A model generated the notes under the pieces. It was not told the origin of the DNA and ran no database searches. It saw only the letters and a program-made list of their open reading frames with translations. A DNA stretch of 62,576 nt, filler included, from Asterionella formosa (Eukaryota), in assembly GCA_002256025.1 (NCBI GenBank). It is 25 parts of 25 records of this genome, joined end to end, with 100 filler letters (N's around TTAATTAATTAA, not from the genome) between each part and the next. Parts side by side here need not be neighbours in the genome. Positions count along the whole stretch, not along the records: positions 10,061 to 12,474 come from NKIB01015297.1; positions 12,575 to 14,987 come from NKIB01015298.1; positions 15,088 to 17,498 come from NKIB01015299.1; positions 17,599 to 20,011 come from NKIB01015300.1; positions 20,112 to 22,520 come from NKIB01015302.1; 20 more parts are not named here. One strand, 5' to 3'. Both the position numbers and the translations under genes were made by a program. Within the stretch, counting starts at the first letter, position 1, and each line of letters begins with the position of its first letter. Shown here piece by piece: positions 11,401 to 22,620 of the stretch.

Positions 11401-11871
11401 TTTAAACCTCTGATGTCGTATCAGCGCATCTCATTTTCAAAAAGTCCTCCATTCATGCTCAAAACTGGTACCAGGGTCACCTTGTCAGAATGTGTCTGTT
11501 GGGCTGTTGATGTCGACTTGTGTCCATGGACTAGATCTAGTATGTCTAAACGGAAATAGACAGTATTTTAATCAGAATAATAAGCAAACGATGCAGCGGC
11601 ATGAGCACGATCTGGACCGCTCATTCCAGCGCAGGACTGGAGCAAGCTGGAGGAAGCGCCATACATACCGGTACATTTCAAACACCAGGTACCAGGTACT
11701 GAAAACCTGGTACGGTACCATCAGGGAGGCAGAGAGGAGGTGGCGATGGCGCACGACAATTAACTACCGGCACTTGCAGTTGGAAATAACCACATGGTAC
11801 CAGGTACATGGAAAACCTCATACAGTGAGTACACTAAAGATATATCGGTACAAGCAAGGTACCACTTAAAA

Positions 11872-12078
11872 ACTGTAAGCCACCGCTATTTTACTCTATC
11901 TTTCGACTAAAAATATTTATGTAATTCAACGATCAAAACTTGACGCAAGTACAAAGCTTATGTTAGACAATGCTCTCTGCTATACTATTAAGGAATCAGT
12001 TTTGATTCAGTGTATCTAGCCATGAAGAAATAATTTTTCCAAAGTCACTAAGATTATTGCATAGCGGTGGCTTACAGT
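11872..12078. mobile_element. MITE, 207 bp, with perfect 18-bp terminal inverted repeats
   Basis: actgtaagccaccgctat (11872-11889) and atagcggtggcttacagt (12061-12078); AT-rich non-coding interior. Confidence 0.75.
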
Positions 12079-12574
12079 GCATATTTTTCTATCTGTACAT
12101 GAATATATTTTACCCCCAAACCGTGTTTATTTTTACTCCGTTAATACTACAAAAATTATTTTCTTATTACTTTACGTTTTACACTTTTGCAGGGGCAGCA
12201 TCATCGTTGGAGAATTCTTCTGATGCATTACATTAATCTCGAGCTTCTTTGCATCTAATTTCTTGCTTGCGGAGTCTCAAACTTCATCACGGAATGGTGG
12301 ATCGGCAGTAGCAGTTGTAGAAGGAAAGGGAATAGCAACAGGAGGAGGTGCAGTAACAACAACCACAGCAATAGGAGGTGCATGGAGAGGGAATGGCGGC
12401 TGCTGGTCACCACGGTGATTGGTATCGTCGAATCTTGTAATCAGAGCTTGCCTTGTTTGTGGAACCGGCAAATCNNNNNNNNNNNNNNNNNNNNNNNNNN
12501 NNNNNNNNNNNNNNNNNNTTAATTAATTAANNNNNNNNNNNNNNNNNNNNNNNNNNNNNNNNNNNNNNNNNNNN

Positions 12575-13992
12575 TGTTGATGGAGCCAAGGCCATTGCAG
12601 AGGCTCTCAAGGTCAATACTGTCTTGACTAAACTTGATCTCGATTATAATTCAATTGGTAATAATTTACTAAATGATATTCAAAAACTGGTTCAAAACAA
12701 GAACCGCAAACCAACAGCAGCCAACACAACTGATTTCATTTCTGAAGGTCGATCGAAAATGAAGGAAGCTATGGACAATGTGGATTCAAGACCAATCGAG
12801 CTTCCTAAGGAATTCATTATTAGTTGTACAAACAACTTTGCTGACGAGAAAAAACTTGGTCATGGTTCTTTTGGTGCTGTCTATGAAGGTGTGGATGATA
12901 ACCGTTTTTTTGCTGTGAAATGTCTTCGTTTCAATTTAGCTTTTTTGGACGATCAGAAAAAAGGAATTAGTAGGAGTTTTAAAAAAGAATTGGAGGTAAG
13001 TTCATCCGTAGTATCATCTATTGCATGTTGTTTCAAGTCTATTATGTTTCTCATTATTCCATATCATACTGTTTCAGGTATTAAAGAGGTTCCGACACCC
13101 TCATATTGTAATTTTGTATGGCTATCATTTGTCCGATGTTTCATCTGATCAACCCATGGTATCTGATCAATACTTGGTGTATGAGTTATTATCCAATGGG
13201 TCACTTGAATCATTCTATAAGAGTGAAAAAAACAGATCAATTCTTACAAGTAATATCCGACTTCGAATCATGAACGAAATTATTTCTGCCATCGACTTCC
13301 TTCATGCTATAAAAACGGATGGCCACACTCTGTTTCATCGTGACATCAAGTCATCTAATATCTGCCTTGATCAGAACTATACTGCCAAGCTGATTGATTG
13401 TGGCTTAGCCAAGTTTGTGCCTAAGGGTAGCTCAGTAATAACCAATCCAATTCCTTCCTCAGTTTGTTACACAGCAGGTGATGGACAATATGGTACACGT
13501 GGCTACATGTGTCCATATCATCTTCAGGGTGGAATATTTGAAGCATCATGTGATGTTTACTCATTTGGAATTGTCATGATTGAGCTTGTGACAGGCTGCC
13601 TCCAAAATGATGGGGAAAAGTTGGGACAGTTCTCTGAACACTACTTACCACATGATTATGAAAGAGCTCCAGCAGAGGTAGTGAAGGAGGCAATTCCAAA
13701 ATTGGAAAAGGATGTTGATCCTCTTGCAGATGAATGGGAAGATGGAATTCTGTCTTCTGTTTGTGAACTAGCCATTCATTGTATTCAGAACAATCGCACA
13801 AAGAGACCAACAACTAATGAATTGGTTGAAGAGTTGAAAAAACTTGTAGGGCCAACAGATCATAATGGGGGATGTGAATCGCCACAAATGATAAATCGCT
13901 CGAAGAGGCCAAAGATTAATCATAATAGGGGATCTGAATCGTCACCAATGAGAATTGCCTTTGACAATCATAACCTGAATGATAGCACTTAA
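12575..13992 (+). CDS. RI-like LRR + Pelle/IRAK-like (TKL) protein kinase, 5'-partial, intron 12996-13077
   Basis: VDGAKAIAEALKVNTVLTKLDLDYNSIG; GHGSFGAVYEG, FAVK, ELE|VLKRFRHP across an 82-nt GT-AG intron; HRDIKSSN, DCG, GTRGY, DVYSFG. Confidence 0.9.
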
Positions 13993-13994
13993 CA

Positions 13995-14321
13995 ATGTGT
14001 CTTGTGTGCCAAGACTCTACTTTGTGGGAATTGCAATGCAAAGCTGATATAGGCAATGCAACAATTATAAAAGATAACTATTGTGAACAAGTGAAGTTGA
14101 TCAGATTGTACCTTTATAAATATTGTGAGCTAATTAGTCAAACACATCCCAAACAAGCTTACAGTGGAAATACTGGAACAATGAATGTGAATGAAAGTAC
14201 TGTACTTTGTCCTGTGTGTGGCAAAGGTTCTACTTCTGTTTCCATGTGCAAAGATCATTTCACATGCAGACAATGCTTTGAGGATCATGTCTATATGCAT
14301 CATGGTGATATGACCATTTAG
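13995..14321 (+). pseudogene. Cys/His-rich (RING-like) segment, probably a disrupted C-terminal extension of the kinase gene
   Basis: CLVC...CPVC...CKDHFTCRQCFEDH starts 2 nt after the kinase stop codon, in a different frame. Confidence 0.45.
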
Positions 14322-14814
14322 TGCCCAATCACTTTTCGAAATTTCGTCTATGTACCAGTGTTAATTATGTGGTACTTCATATGCATCAATGCCACTCTGC
14401 TTCATGTAAAAAAGACAACTTTTAACGGTTTCATGTGAAGTTTTAACTGTTTCATGTGAAGTTTTCACAATGAATTTTGAACGGGAGACTGAATTAGTTG
14501 ATGTTTCAAATAATTTATTTGAAAATTCAACTAAGATCATGCTCTTGAGGCTAATTCAGCATTCACGACATGCATCTTCCATTGTGAAATAGTATGGATA
14601 TTTGTGTGTTCTAATATCATGCATCTGAGATCAAAGTTTTACAGTTGTTGTACTTATCACATAAAGAACTCACGCATTTCCGGTAAAAAAGCTCACTCTT
14701 CCCAGTTTTCATGTAATTTAGGTTACTACCAGCCAGTACTAGGGAACTGTACTACTAGCTTGCTACTAGCTACTTCTAGTAGTAGGCATCCTAAAATTTT
14801 TACATGATTGGTTT

Positions 14815-14987
14815 GTTGCAGGGTCATTGAAGGTTTGATATGATCTCGTGGCAAAAAAAAACTTCCTTTTTCATCTGGATGGCCAGCCATAACACGCATG
14901 GCTTTCATTGGCAGTTTAGCTGAATAAACATCACGTCGAGTATCCACATTCCAATTTCCAAGGTCATTGATGTTATAGCCATCAAGT
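14815..14987 (-). mobile_element. Crypton-type tyrosine recombinase fragment (NDC10 domain II-like)
   Basis: LGNWNVDTRRDVYSAKLPMKAMRVMAGH...GSFFLPRDHIKP fits the G-x-W...Y...LP...MR-x-MAG...FFLPR pattern. Confidence 0.7.
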
Positions 14988-15087
14988 NNNNNNNNNNNNN
15001 NNNNNNNNNNNNNNNNNNNNNNNNNNNNNNNTTAATTAATTAANNNNNNNNNNNNNNNNNNNNNNNNNNNNNNNNNNNNNNNNNNNN

Positions 15088-15214
15088 ACATTTCCATAGA
15101 AATCTTCAATCTTTGATCTCGTTAGACAGCTGATTGACATGGCAATGCAATATTCGACTCGTTCGATTACAATCGAGTCCACAATCCTTGTGACTCGGGC
15201 TAATATTCTTGACA
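15088..15214 (-). mobile_element. LTR start (TGTCAAGAATA...), family A
   Basis: Exact reverse complement of 17372-17498; the same sequence continues in 42679-42905. Confidence 0.75.
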
Positions 15215-15644
15215 TACAGCAACCATAGGGGGGTCCAGGAAAATGAAAATGAAGTATACGGGGGGGTATCTACTATCACAGTCAGTGTTTCACTCTTGTA
15301 CTCACCGATCCGCTCTAACAAGCGTAACACACTGAGCAGACGGTGGGCTGAAAAAGAAAGTCGAAAGTTCCTGTTGCGAGCCTGAATTGAGTAACGGCAG
15401 ACATACATGTAGCTATGTACTCGGTACCTAGCTTGATTCCTGATGACGCATGCGGCCGTAAACAAGGAATTTAGCTTAGTTTTACTTAAAGAAGAAACCG
15501 TCTTATACCACCGCAACTCCCAAGTATCATGTGATCTCTTCAAAGTTGAATTGATAAAAAGCCAAAAGGGCGAGAATTTTCAGCTCGTTCATTGACGGAA
15601 CGACTCAGTAAGAGGACTAATAAGTGTCGGGTACACAATCGATA

Positions 15645-16193
15645 ATGACGCGAATTGCGATTTTCCGTCGGCTTCTGATGCTCCTGTTGAGCGTTCCGAA
15701 TCCCTGTGCTGCAGATATATTTGTTGAACCCACAAGGCAAATGTTGCGATCAAACGTACGAAAGACAACGGAGTTAGCGACCGGTACGAAGACTTCAGTC
15801 GGTAAACCTTCAGATTCATATTTTAGTCTCCAAGCCCAATTCAACAAACATGCGTACATTAGGTATGGCGCCAAACAAGATTTCTATTCCGATGGCAAGA
15901 AATATGATACCAAAATCTCTGAAAGGGAGCAATTACAGGATTCCAACAATGGTGACGTGCATCGCACGGCCTACTCCAGCGACGACAATGCGCAAAATGT
16001 GGAAACCTATTGGGGTAATCAATTCTTGGCAATGTTTGAAACGGCACCTCATTATTGGGCGCCTATGCAGTGGTTTTTCTTCGCAATGTTCGTGATGCTT
16101 TCGTCGGCAATTAGTTTTTGTTTCTGCATTTTATGCATCATTCCTAGGTGTTGTGGTAAGACAGGGACCATAATTTATGCTTCCATGCTCTGA
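15645..16193 (+). CDS. Small membrane protein: signal peptide, P-x-x-W-x-x-x-QW motif, C-terminal TM helix, Cys-rich tail
   Basis: MTRIAIFRRLLMLLLSVPNPCAA...MFETAPHYWAPMQWFFFAMFVMLSSAISFCFCILCIIPRCCG. Confidence 0.75.
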   Translation: MTRIAIFRRLLMLLLSVPNPCAADIFVEPTRQMLRSNVRKTTELATGTKTSVGKPSDSYFSLQAQFNKHAYIRYGAKQDFYSDGKKYDTKISEREQLQDSNNGDVHRTAYSSDDNAQNVETYWGNQFLAMFETAPHYWAPMQWFFFAMFVMLSSAISFCFCILCIIPRCCGKTGTIIYASML

Positions 16194-17371
16194 AGATGTG
16201 GTTAAGATCGGAAATTTTCAAGGATAAGGAGCTTCAGTCTACAGCAGCATGCGTAGATCATAGGCAGGGAAGGAGAAGTTATCTTTCCCGTGTTGTAAAG
16301 AAGAGCTATGAATTGATGATCTCAATCTTATCAATCACCCCTCTCAACCATTTGAAAAGCTGTGCATTTCTGAGCAATGGGAATAAATAGATTTCTAGCT
16401 TAGATTAGGCTATCAGATAGAGGATCTGGTATAAATTCTTGCAGACTATATTGGCAAAAGTGTGTAACAATATTCTAAAATCATTTTCATCATTTTGAAA
16501 TTTTGATATCATTTCTGGTTTCCCCTCATAATTGACATATTGAATCACTTTTTAGCATTCCCTTATGGACTGGAAGTGGTATTGATGATACCATTTTCGA
16601 CCCCTTTTCCATAGTTGTGTCAGTGATATGCTTTCAAGTACAAATCCATTTTCATAATGAACATGCCAGCAGGACACTAATTTGAACAACAACTATGATT
16701 TTTCTCAAGTTTTTTTGTGAAGCAAAGCACCAAATAAGCATCAATTATTGAATTATTGTATAATGAACAACCACTGGCTTTCCTCTTTCTTGTCCACAAA
16801 CAAAGCACTGCTAAACTAATCAAAGATTTGATTTTTGACACCCACTGCTAACTACCAGCCAACTTTGAGCTTGATATCAATGAGGAGCTGCACTTGCTTG
16901 ATATCAAATATTATTGATTGAAATAAAAATGTCAATCATTGTATACTACGCACGCTGCTGTTCTTCAGTAGCCCTAAGCGGTGGGGTTGACCTGATTTCG
17001 ATCCCAGGACATCAACAAATGCTCCCTTCAATTGAAAAATGAATCTAATTTGATTCCAGTCCTTCTTGAATAGTTAAACAATCAAACTACCAATAACGAA
17101 TCCCTTTTGCAGCACTTGTGACCCAAAACTGTAATTAATACTAATTGAATCTTTTAATGTAGTATTGATCAAGAATTTGACATTGTGGAGGCTGTGAAGT
17201 CACACTTGGCCCCCTATTATCTGCCTCTCCATTTGAAAACCAGCAAATTTCTAAGGACAAATAAAGTAATAATATTTTTTTATTCAGTCGCATGTAGCTG
17301 TGTTTTCATGGATATTCATGTATCTCTTTATTTATCATACCATGCATCAAAGATTGCTACCTGTAGACCAG

Positions 17372-17498
17372 TGTCAAGAATATTAGCCCGAGTCACAAGG
17401 ATTGTGGACTCGATTGTAATCGAACGAGTCGAATATTGCATTGCCATGTCAATCAGCTGTCTAACGAGATCAAAGATTGAAGATTTCTATGGAAATGT
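17372..17498 (+). mobile_element. LTR start, family A (second copy, inverted relative to the one at 15088)
   Basis: Begins TGTCAAG; no polypurine tract upstream, so it is a 5' or solo LTR. Confidence 0.75.
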
Positions 17499-19144
17499 NN
17501 NNNNNNNNNNNNNNNNNNNNNNNNNNNNNNNNNNNNNNNNNNTTAATTAATTAANNNNNNNNNNNNNNNNNNNNNNNNNNNNNNNNNNNNNNNNNNNNTA
17601 TTTTCAACAGCTGCATTGAATTGACATAAATACATTCCAAGTGCAAAGATTAGACAAATAACCATTGGATTGGGATAAGCAGGCCTTGAGAATCTTGACT
17701 GGTCACCTTTTAAATATTTATCCTCAAAAGTGCTTGTTTTTGGTCATCACAACGGCCATTGCAATGGCCATCACTTACCTTCTCTTATCTTTGTTCCTTA
17801 ATGTGATCTTGTGGATTGCTTGTTCACTGCTGGTTCAAGAATTGGAACTATGAGATGATGGTTCCTTGAGGGCACTCATTCCAATTTAGTTTTGAGCGAT
17901 TTTAACATTGGTTGTCAAGGCAAGGCAAAGCAAAGCAAACATTTTGAAATTACAAAGCAAAATGCACAGGACATTTGGTCTGAGAAGGAGGAATGAACCA
18001 TGACAAGTTTGATGAACCTCAAAACTGCCAAGGAAGATAGTTAATGCTAGAATATAATTAATAACATACATTAGTAAGTGGAAAGGATTAATAAGTTCAA
18101 TTATATCGCAGCATTATGAATCATATGTGGTTGAGAACAAGTATGTTCATTGCTTTGGTCCATCTTTCTTTGTCTACTTCGCAACAATTATATTAAAGTA
18201 TGTATGGCCGTTGGTTGAGACCAAAATGCAATGCATTCAAGATTTAGTTGCCTTTCTTTTTTCCTTCCTCCAAAGATGTTTACAAACAGAAATTATAGTG
18301 GTACATCAAATATGTTGAGCCCACTCAATTTCAGAAATGAATTTGCGTGGGTACATGTTCCTGTTTCAACAAACAATAAAGGAGGACCCACATTCCCCAT
18401 AACATCAATCTTGTATCCTTGATTGATGCAAGGCATTCTCTTGTCACCACGAAAATCAATCCTCTCAATTCCAAGACTCTCCTATCAATTGCATCATTTT
18501 AAATTACTTCGAAATGGATCAAATCCTTCTTGTACTTGTCGTTGAAACCTGTAGATATCTTTCTCCTTTCCTTGTTTTTTGGTTGAAACTTGTAGACAGA
18601 ATTCACCACAGCAAGCTTTTGGCAATTCTGACAAATCGCCTCTTCATGTTCAGACATGGGCATTGGATTTATGCTGACGGGCAAGGATTACCTTCAGTGC
18701 CTTGCTTGTTAGTATTGTTACCATTTGTCATGTTTCTTTCTATTCGTTCTCCCTTCGTCACTTAAATCAATTGCAAGTTTCCAACAAGCTCATGGAACAT
18801 GGAACGAATGGTACTACCTGTCACCAAGAACATCTGAGACTCAATGAGGATGGCATTGCTGGTCGATCATAGTTATAGCAAGGAGTTGATGGTGAAGATC
18901 AAACAATGACAAACAGAGGTATCATCCTCATGGTGAGTGTAGCAATCAAGTGTGAGGCTGTGGCTCCTCAGTGTATGTGGCTTGTATTTGTCAAGAGATT
19001 CATGATGGTTTATTATTAACAAGTGGTATGTTCATTCATATATTTAATGAAGAGGAAATGAACGACATCAACTTGGACGACTCTACTTTTATGTATTCAA
19101 AACAAATATTGGGCTGTGCTAAAATTTACAAATGTAGAACCAGC

Positions 19145-19770
19145 TACCGGTACTGGTACAATGGGCCGTTGTGTACCTGATGTACTTTGGGGGGGCCACC
19201 AAGCCATAATTTGGATCGAAGTGCTTTATCCTACCGGTAGGTACATGGTATGGTATGGTACCAGGTACAACAGGGGCCCTATCGTGGCTACACTACATAC
19301 TTAATTATTAAAGCGTACAAGGTACCAGGGTACCTTGTACATATTCCGCCGTGCCAGCTGTCCCGGTGCTCGAGACTTCCTCAAGTACTACGAAGCTCCG
19401 AAGTATGGTACTGGTACCAAAGTACCGGTACCTGTTACATACTCCGTACCAGGGACGTGGTTCCGATTGTTGTTACCATATACCGGTTACTCCGTATATC
19501 CTACCAAGATTCCTGTAAGTGCTTAATTCCCGTGAGTACTGGTCCCTCTACAGCTAGTTAAATACATACCGGTACCTTCAGCATGTCACTAAAACACTAC
19601 CTGTCGTAGTAGTCGTACAGTACATTTATGGACGTGGACACGAAACATAACATCAACAATTCTAGAGACGAGACCTGACTGTTCCTACATGCATACCGGT
19701 AGTTTAATTAAATAGATTGCTATTTCCAATCGAATACAGTATAGTACCTGGTACCATACCACCTGGTAGC
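19145..19770. repeat. Cluster of TA-CC(W)GG-TA / TA-TGG-TA / TA-CCA-TA motifs (one of many such clusters)
   Basis: For example taccggta at 19232, ta-tgg-ta-tgg-ta-ccagg-ta at 19249-19267, ta-cctgg-ta-cca-ta at 19746-19759. Confidence 0.85.
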
Positions 19771-20311
19771 CATCAGCTCAAGACTTCTGGGAGGGAACAT
19801 AACAGCTGTTTGTATTATGCAAATAATAGTGCAAGCATCTGCAGCATGGTGGACTTTGTAGAGTACGCTGGGTAACCACCCCAGCCAATTATTTTGCAGC
19901 AGATAATTCCAAGTGAGTAATCGCAATGTCATTAACTAAACAAAGTTTAACTATTTACTATAGCTCGCCGAGGTGGGTTTGTTTCTACATACACACTTAA
20001 AGAGTAATGCCNNNNNNNNNNNNNNNNNNNNNNNNNNNNNNNNNNNNNNNNNNNNTTAATTAATTAANNNNNNNNNNNNNNNNNNNNNNNNNNNNNNNNN
20101 NNNNNNNNNNNTGCATCGCGCGTCAACTGAGCCTTGATCTTGCCGGGAGGAAAAAGCTGAAACCAATCTACCACTGCCGAAGCTGCTGCCCGTTTATTCG
20201 CCATGTGGTATCAACGAACAAAACATGTGGGGTATGGGTGACAGAATGCCTGATACCAGCATCATACTAAATTGACTGTGGTGGTATCATGATGTAGACA
20301 GATAATGTGCG

Positions 20312-20356
20312 TACCTGGTACCTGGTACCTGGTACCAGTGCCAGGTACCAGGTACC
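20312..20356. repeat. (TACCTGG)n/(TACCAGG)n heptamer array
   Basis: tacctggtacctggtacctggtaccagtgccaggtaccaggtacc. Confidence 0.9.
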
Positions 20357-20779
20357 ACCGGTCGGTATTTGATTTGTCCACAAAACCCTACGTTTAGTAG
20401 TACAGAACCATTACTACCGGTATGAATACAATATACAGGTACCAACAAGTTGCGGTCATTTGCTTAAATAAACAATTCAATATGGGATAAAGAGCGCTAA
20501 ACTTACAGTTTCAGGACAATTACCGTAACGCACTTACACGTACTACTACCGGTACATACAATCCGGTCACATCAGAACGACCGAAGGGTCCTACCGGTAC
20601 TACAGTATCACATGAAGAATGTCGTGATGGACCTCGTCGTCACGAAGCACATTTCTGATCGCCTTGCTAGTAGGTAGGTATGTTAATCTCGTCGACTCTG
20701 CCATTGTTATACATTAACGTGACACCTATTCATGAAATCAAATTAGCTGTGCCACAATAAAGCAGTCCTCCACGTCAGT

Positions 20780-21826
20780 ATGTGGCACTCGTTTCTAGAC
20801 AAGCAAGATGGGCTGCACCCACAGCTGCCACCCAATACGAGGCCCACTTCGCCAAGCAAGCGAAAGGCGGAGCCAACGATTCTTCCAAGAGCTCCTTCTG
20901 AAAGTCCTTCGTCATTGTCATCATCACGTATTGTTTCCCATGAGCCAGCATTTCTATCTGAATCACCCAGGAGCCCCTGCTCTGCTGTGGCGATTGCCGG
21001 CATGGAAGACGACTGCCCAGATGAGCCAGCCTTGACGGCGGAAGGCTTCGGAGCACTTGTTCAAGTGACAGTGACCGCTGACAAATTTACATCTCCCACC
21101 AAAGTTGACCGGTTTGCATTCGTATCCGCTACGCAAGTCCCTCTCCCCCTGTTGGAAGAACAATCCACTAAACGTCGACATGAATACAACACACGCATAT
21201 TTGAACTAGACTGCAAGGTGGCGTCTCTTCAATCGCAATTGATGAATGAACACATGGACCTGGAGTTTGCCCTGTCGGACCACCTCGCCCGTCACACTTA
21301 TCAACCCCTGGAGCGTTGTATGGAGCGCATGCGGTCGAGATTGATGCTAGAGGACCCTCAATTGAAATCCGTCATGTCTCGTCTCGCTGCACTACAAATC
21401 ACTCATGCCAAGCACATTCATATAGACCTTGCCGATGCCCGAAGAGATCAACGTGACGTGGCCGACATGACGCACCAATTACTACACACCATCCAGTTAG
21501 AATGTCACAAGGCCGACAAGCGGGAAGGGGCCTTGATGCAACGATTTGAAAGAATGGCAGGTACTGTGGCACGACGGTATTATGAAGAATCTAGCGCGAG
21601 GAAGGCGGCATTGGTTTATTTGCAATCTCTTTTGGACAACCAAGGGGAAATGGATCAACAAAGGGCAATGGAGTTTTTGAAAACAATTAAGCAACTTAGG
21701 GAACGATTGAGCGAGGAAAGAAAAGTGCGGAAATTTGATGATGGTGCTGTATTACAGGCTATTGAAGCAAGGACCGCTGAATTGAGAAGAGCATTGCTAG
21801 AAACAGCAGGACGATTCGATGCGTGA
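20780..21826 (+). CDS. Coiled-coil protein, SF-assemblin/beta-giardin-like
   Basis: Intact 348-aa ORF with a Pro/Ser head and a helical rod ending LSEERKVRKFDDGAVLQAIEARTAELRRALL, resembling the SF-assemblin C-terminus (by eye). Confidence 0.65.
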   Translation: MWHSFLDKQDGLHPQLPPNTRPTSPSKRKAEPTILPRAPSESPSSLSSSRIVSHEPAFLSESPRSPCSAVAIAGMEDDCPDEPALTAEGFGALVQVTVTADKFTSPTKVDRFAFVSATQVPLPLLEEQSTKRRHEYNTRIFELDCKVASLQSQLMNEHMDLEFALSDHLARHTYQPLERCMERMRSRLMLEDPQLKSVMSRLAALQITHAKHIHIDLADARRDQRDVADMTHQLLHTIQLECHKADKREGALMQRFERMAGTVARRYYEESSARKAALVYLQSLLDNQGEMDQQRAMEFLKTIKQLRERLSEERKVRKFDDGAVLQAIEARTAELRRALLETAGRFDA

Positions 21827-22281
21827 CGATGTATGAAGAACTTCGAAAAAGCCAATTTTAGACAGATGCCGCTTGCTCCGAAACAGAAAAAGACACGTGA
21901 ACAATAAGCAAGCAGCAACATGATTTACATGAATAAATAGTATTTTCAGGGATTAACGACGGTAGCCTGGTAAAGAGATCATCAATCAGATACGTGTGTT
22001 TCAAGGTGAGACTATCAATCGCCTATCTCTGGGAACCTGTACGAAAGCGCTTTATGTATAGGTCACTGATGGAACAGGGAGCTGCAGAAAGGTGCTATAG
22101 TCTTCACAAAGTAGAGACTATATATAAGGTCTACTAAACCAAAAGATTAATGTTAAAACAAATAAAAACACTTCAGTAAATGAGGCTCCTTGTTGTACTG
22201 ATCACAAAAGTGGCCCTTAGTTGTCAATGGGTTCCTCTTTGCCTCATTCATAAGTTGTTGTAGTGATCACAAAAGCGACAA

Positions 22282-22520
22282 TTAGTTGTCAATGGGTTCC
22301 TCTTTGCCTCCTCCGTAAGGGGTATCTTTTTCATTATTTTCCTTGAAGAAAAATGATTTGATGGCACCATTTGACAGACGAACAATGCAGACAACAATAA
22401 ACATAGCCGACGTCACAAACCATGCGAGCCACCAAGGCAATGCTGTAGCAACGATCGCAGTTGTAGAAAGGAAAAGAAGAAATTGAAGGGGTCCTCCCAT
22501 GCATAAAAAATCCTTTGCAG
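22282..22520 (-). CDS. 3' end of a membrane protein (partial)
   Basis: Frame open from the contig end with two hydrophobic segments; the stop region is locally duplicated (22200-22246 vs 22266-22310). Confidence 0.45.
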
Positions 22521-22620
22521 NNNNNNNNNNNNNNNNNNNNNNNNNNNNNNNNNNNNNNNNNNNNTTAATTAATTAANNNNNNNNNNNNNNNNNNNNNNNN
22601 NNNNNNNNNNNNNNNNNNNN

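Noticed and set aside
17599..19100. Possible decayed coding or transposon sequence with Cys motifs
   Set aside because: Many stops and no motif I can assign; similar unassignable decay at 16400-17360, 42906-45084 and 51550-52590.
19145..19770. GGTACC/ACCGGT clusters as cloning or adapter artefacts, or as coding repeats
   Set aside because: They occur inside many contigs in varied, partly decayed forms and avoid genes, which fits a genomic origin; the short V-P-G-T-rich ORFs over them are not credible proteins.
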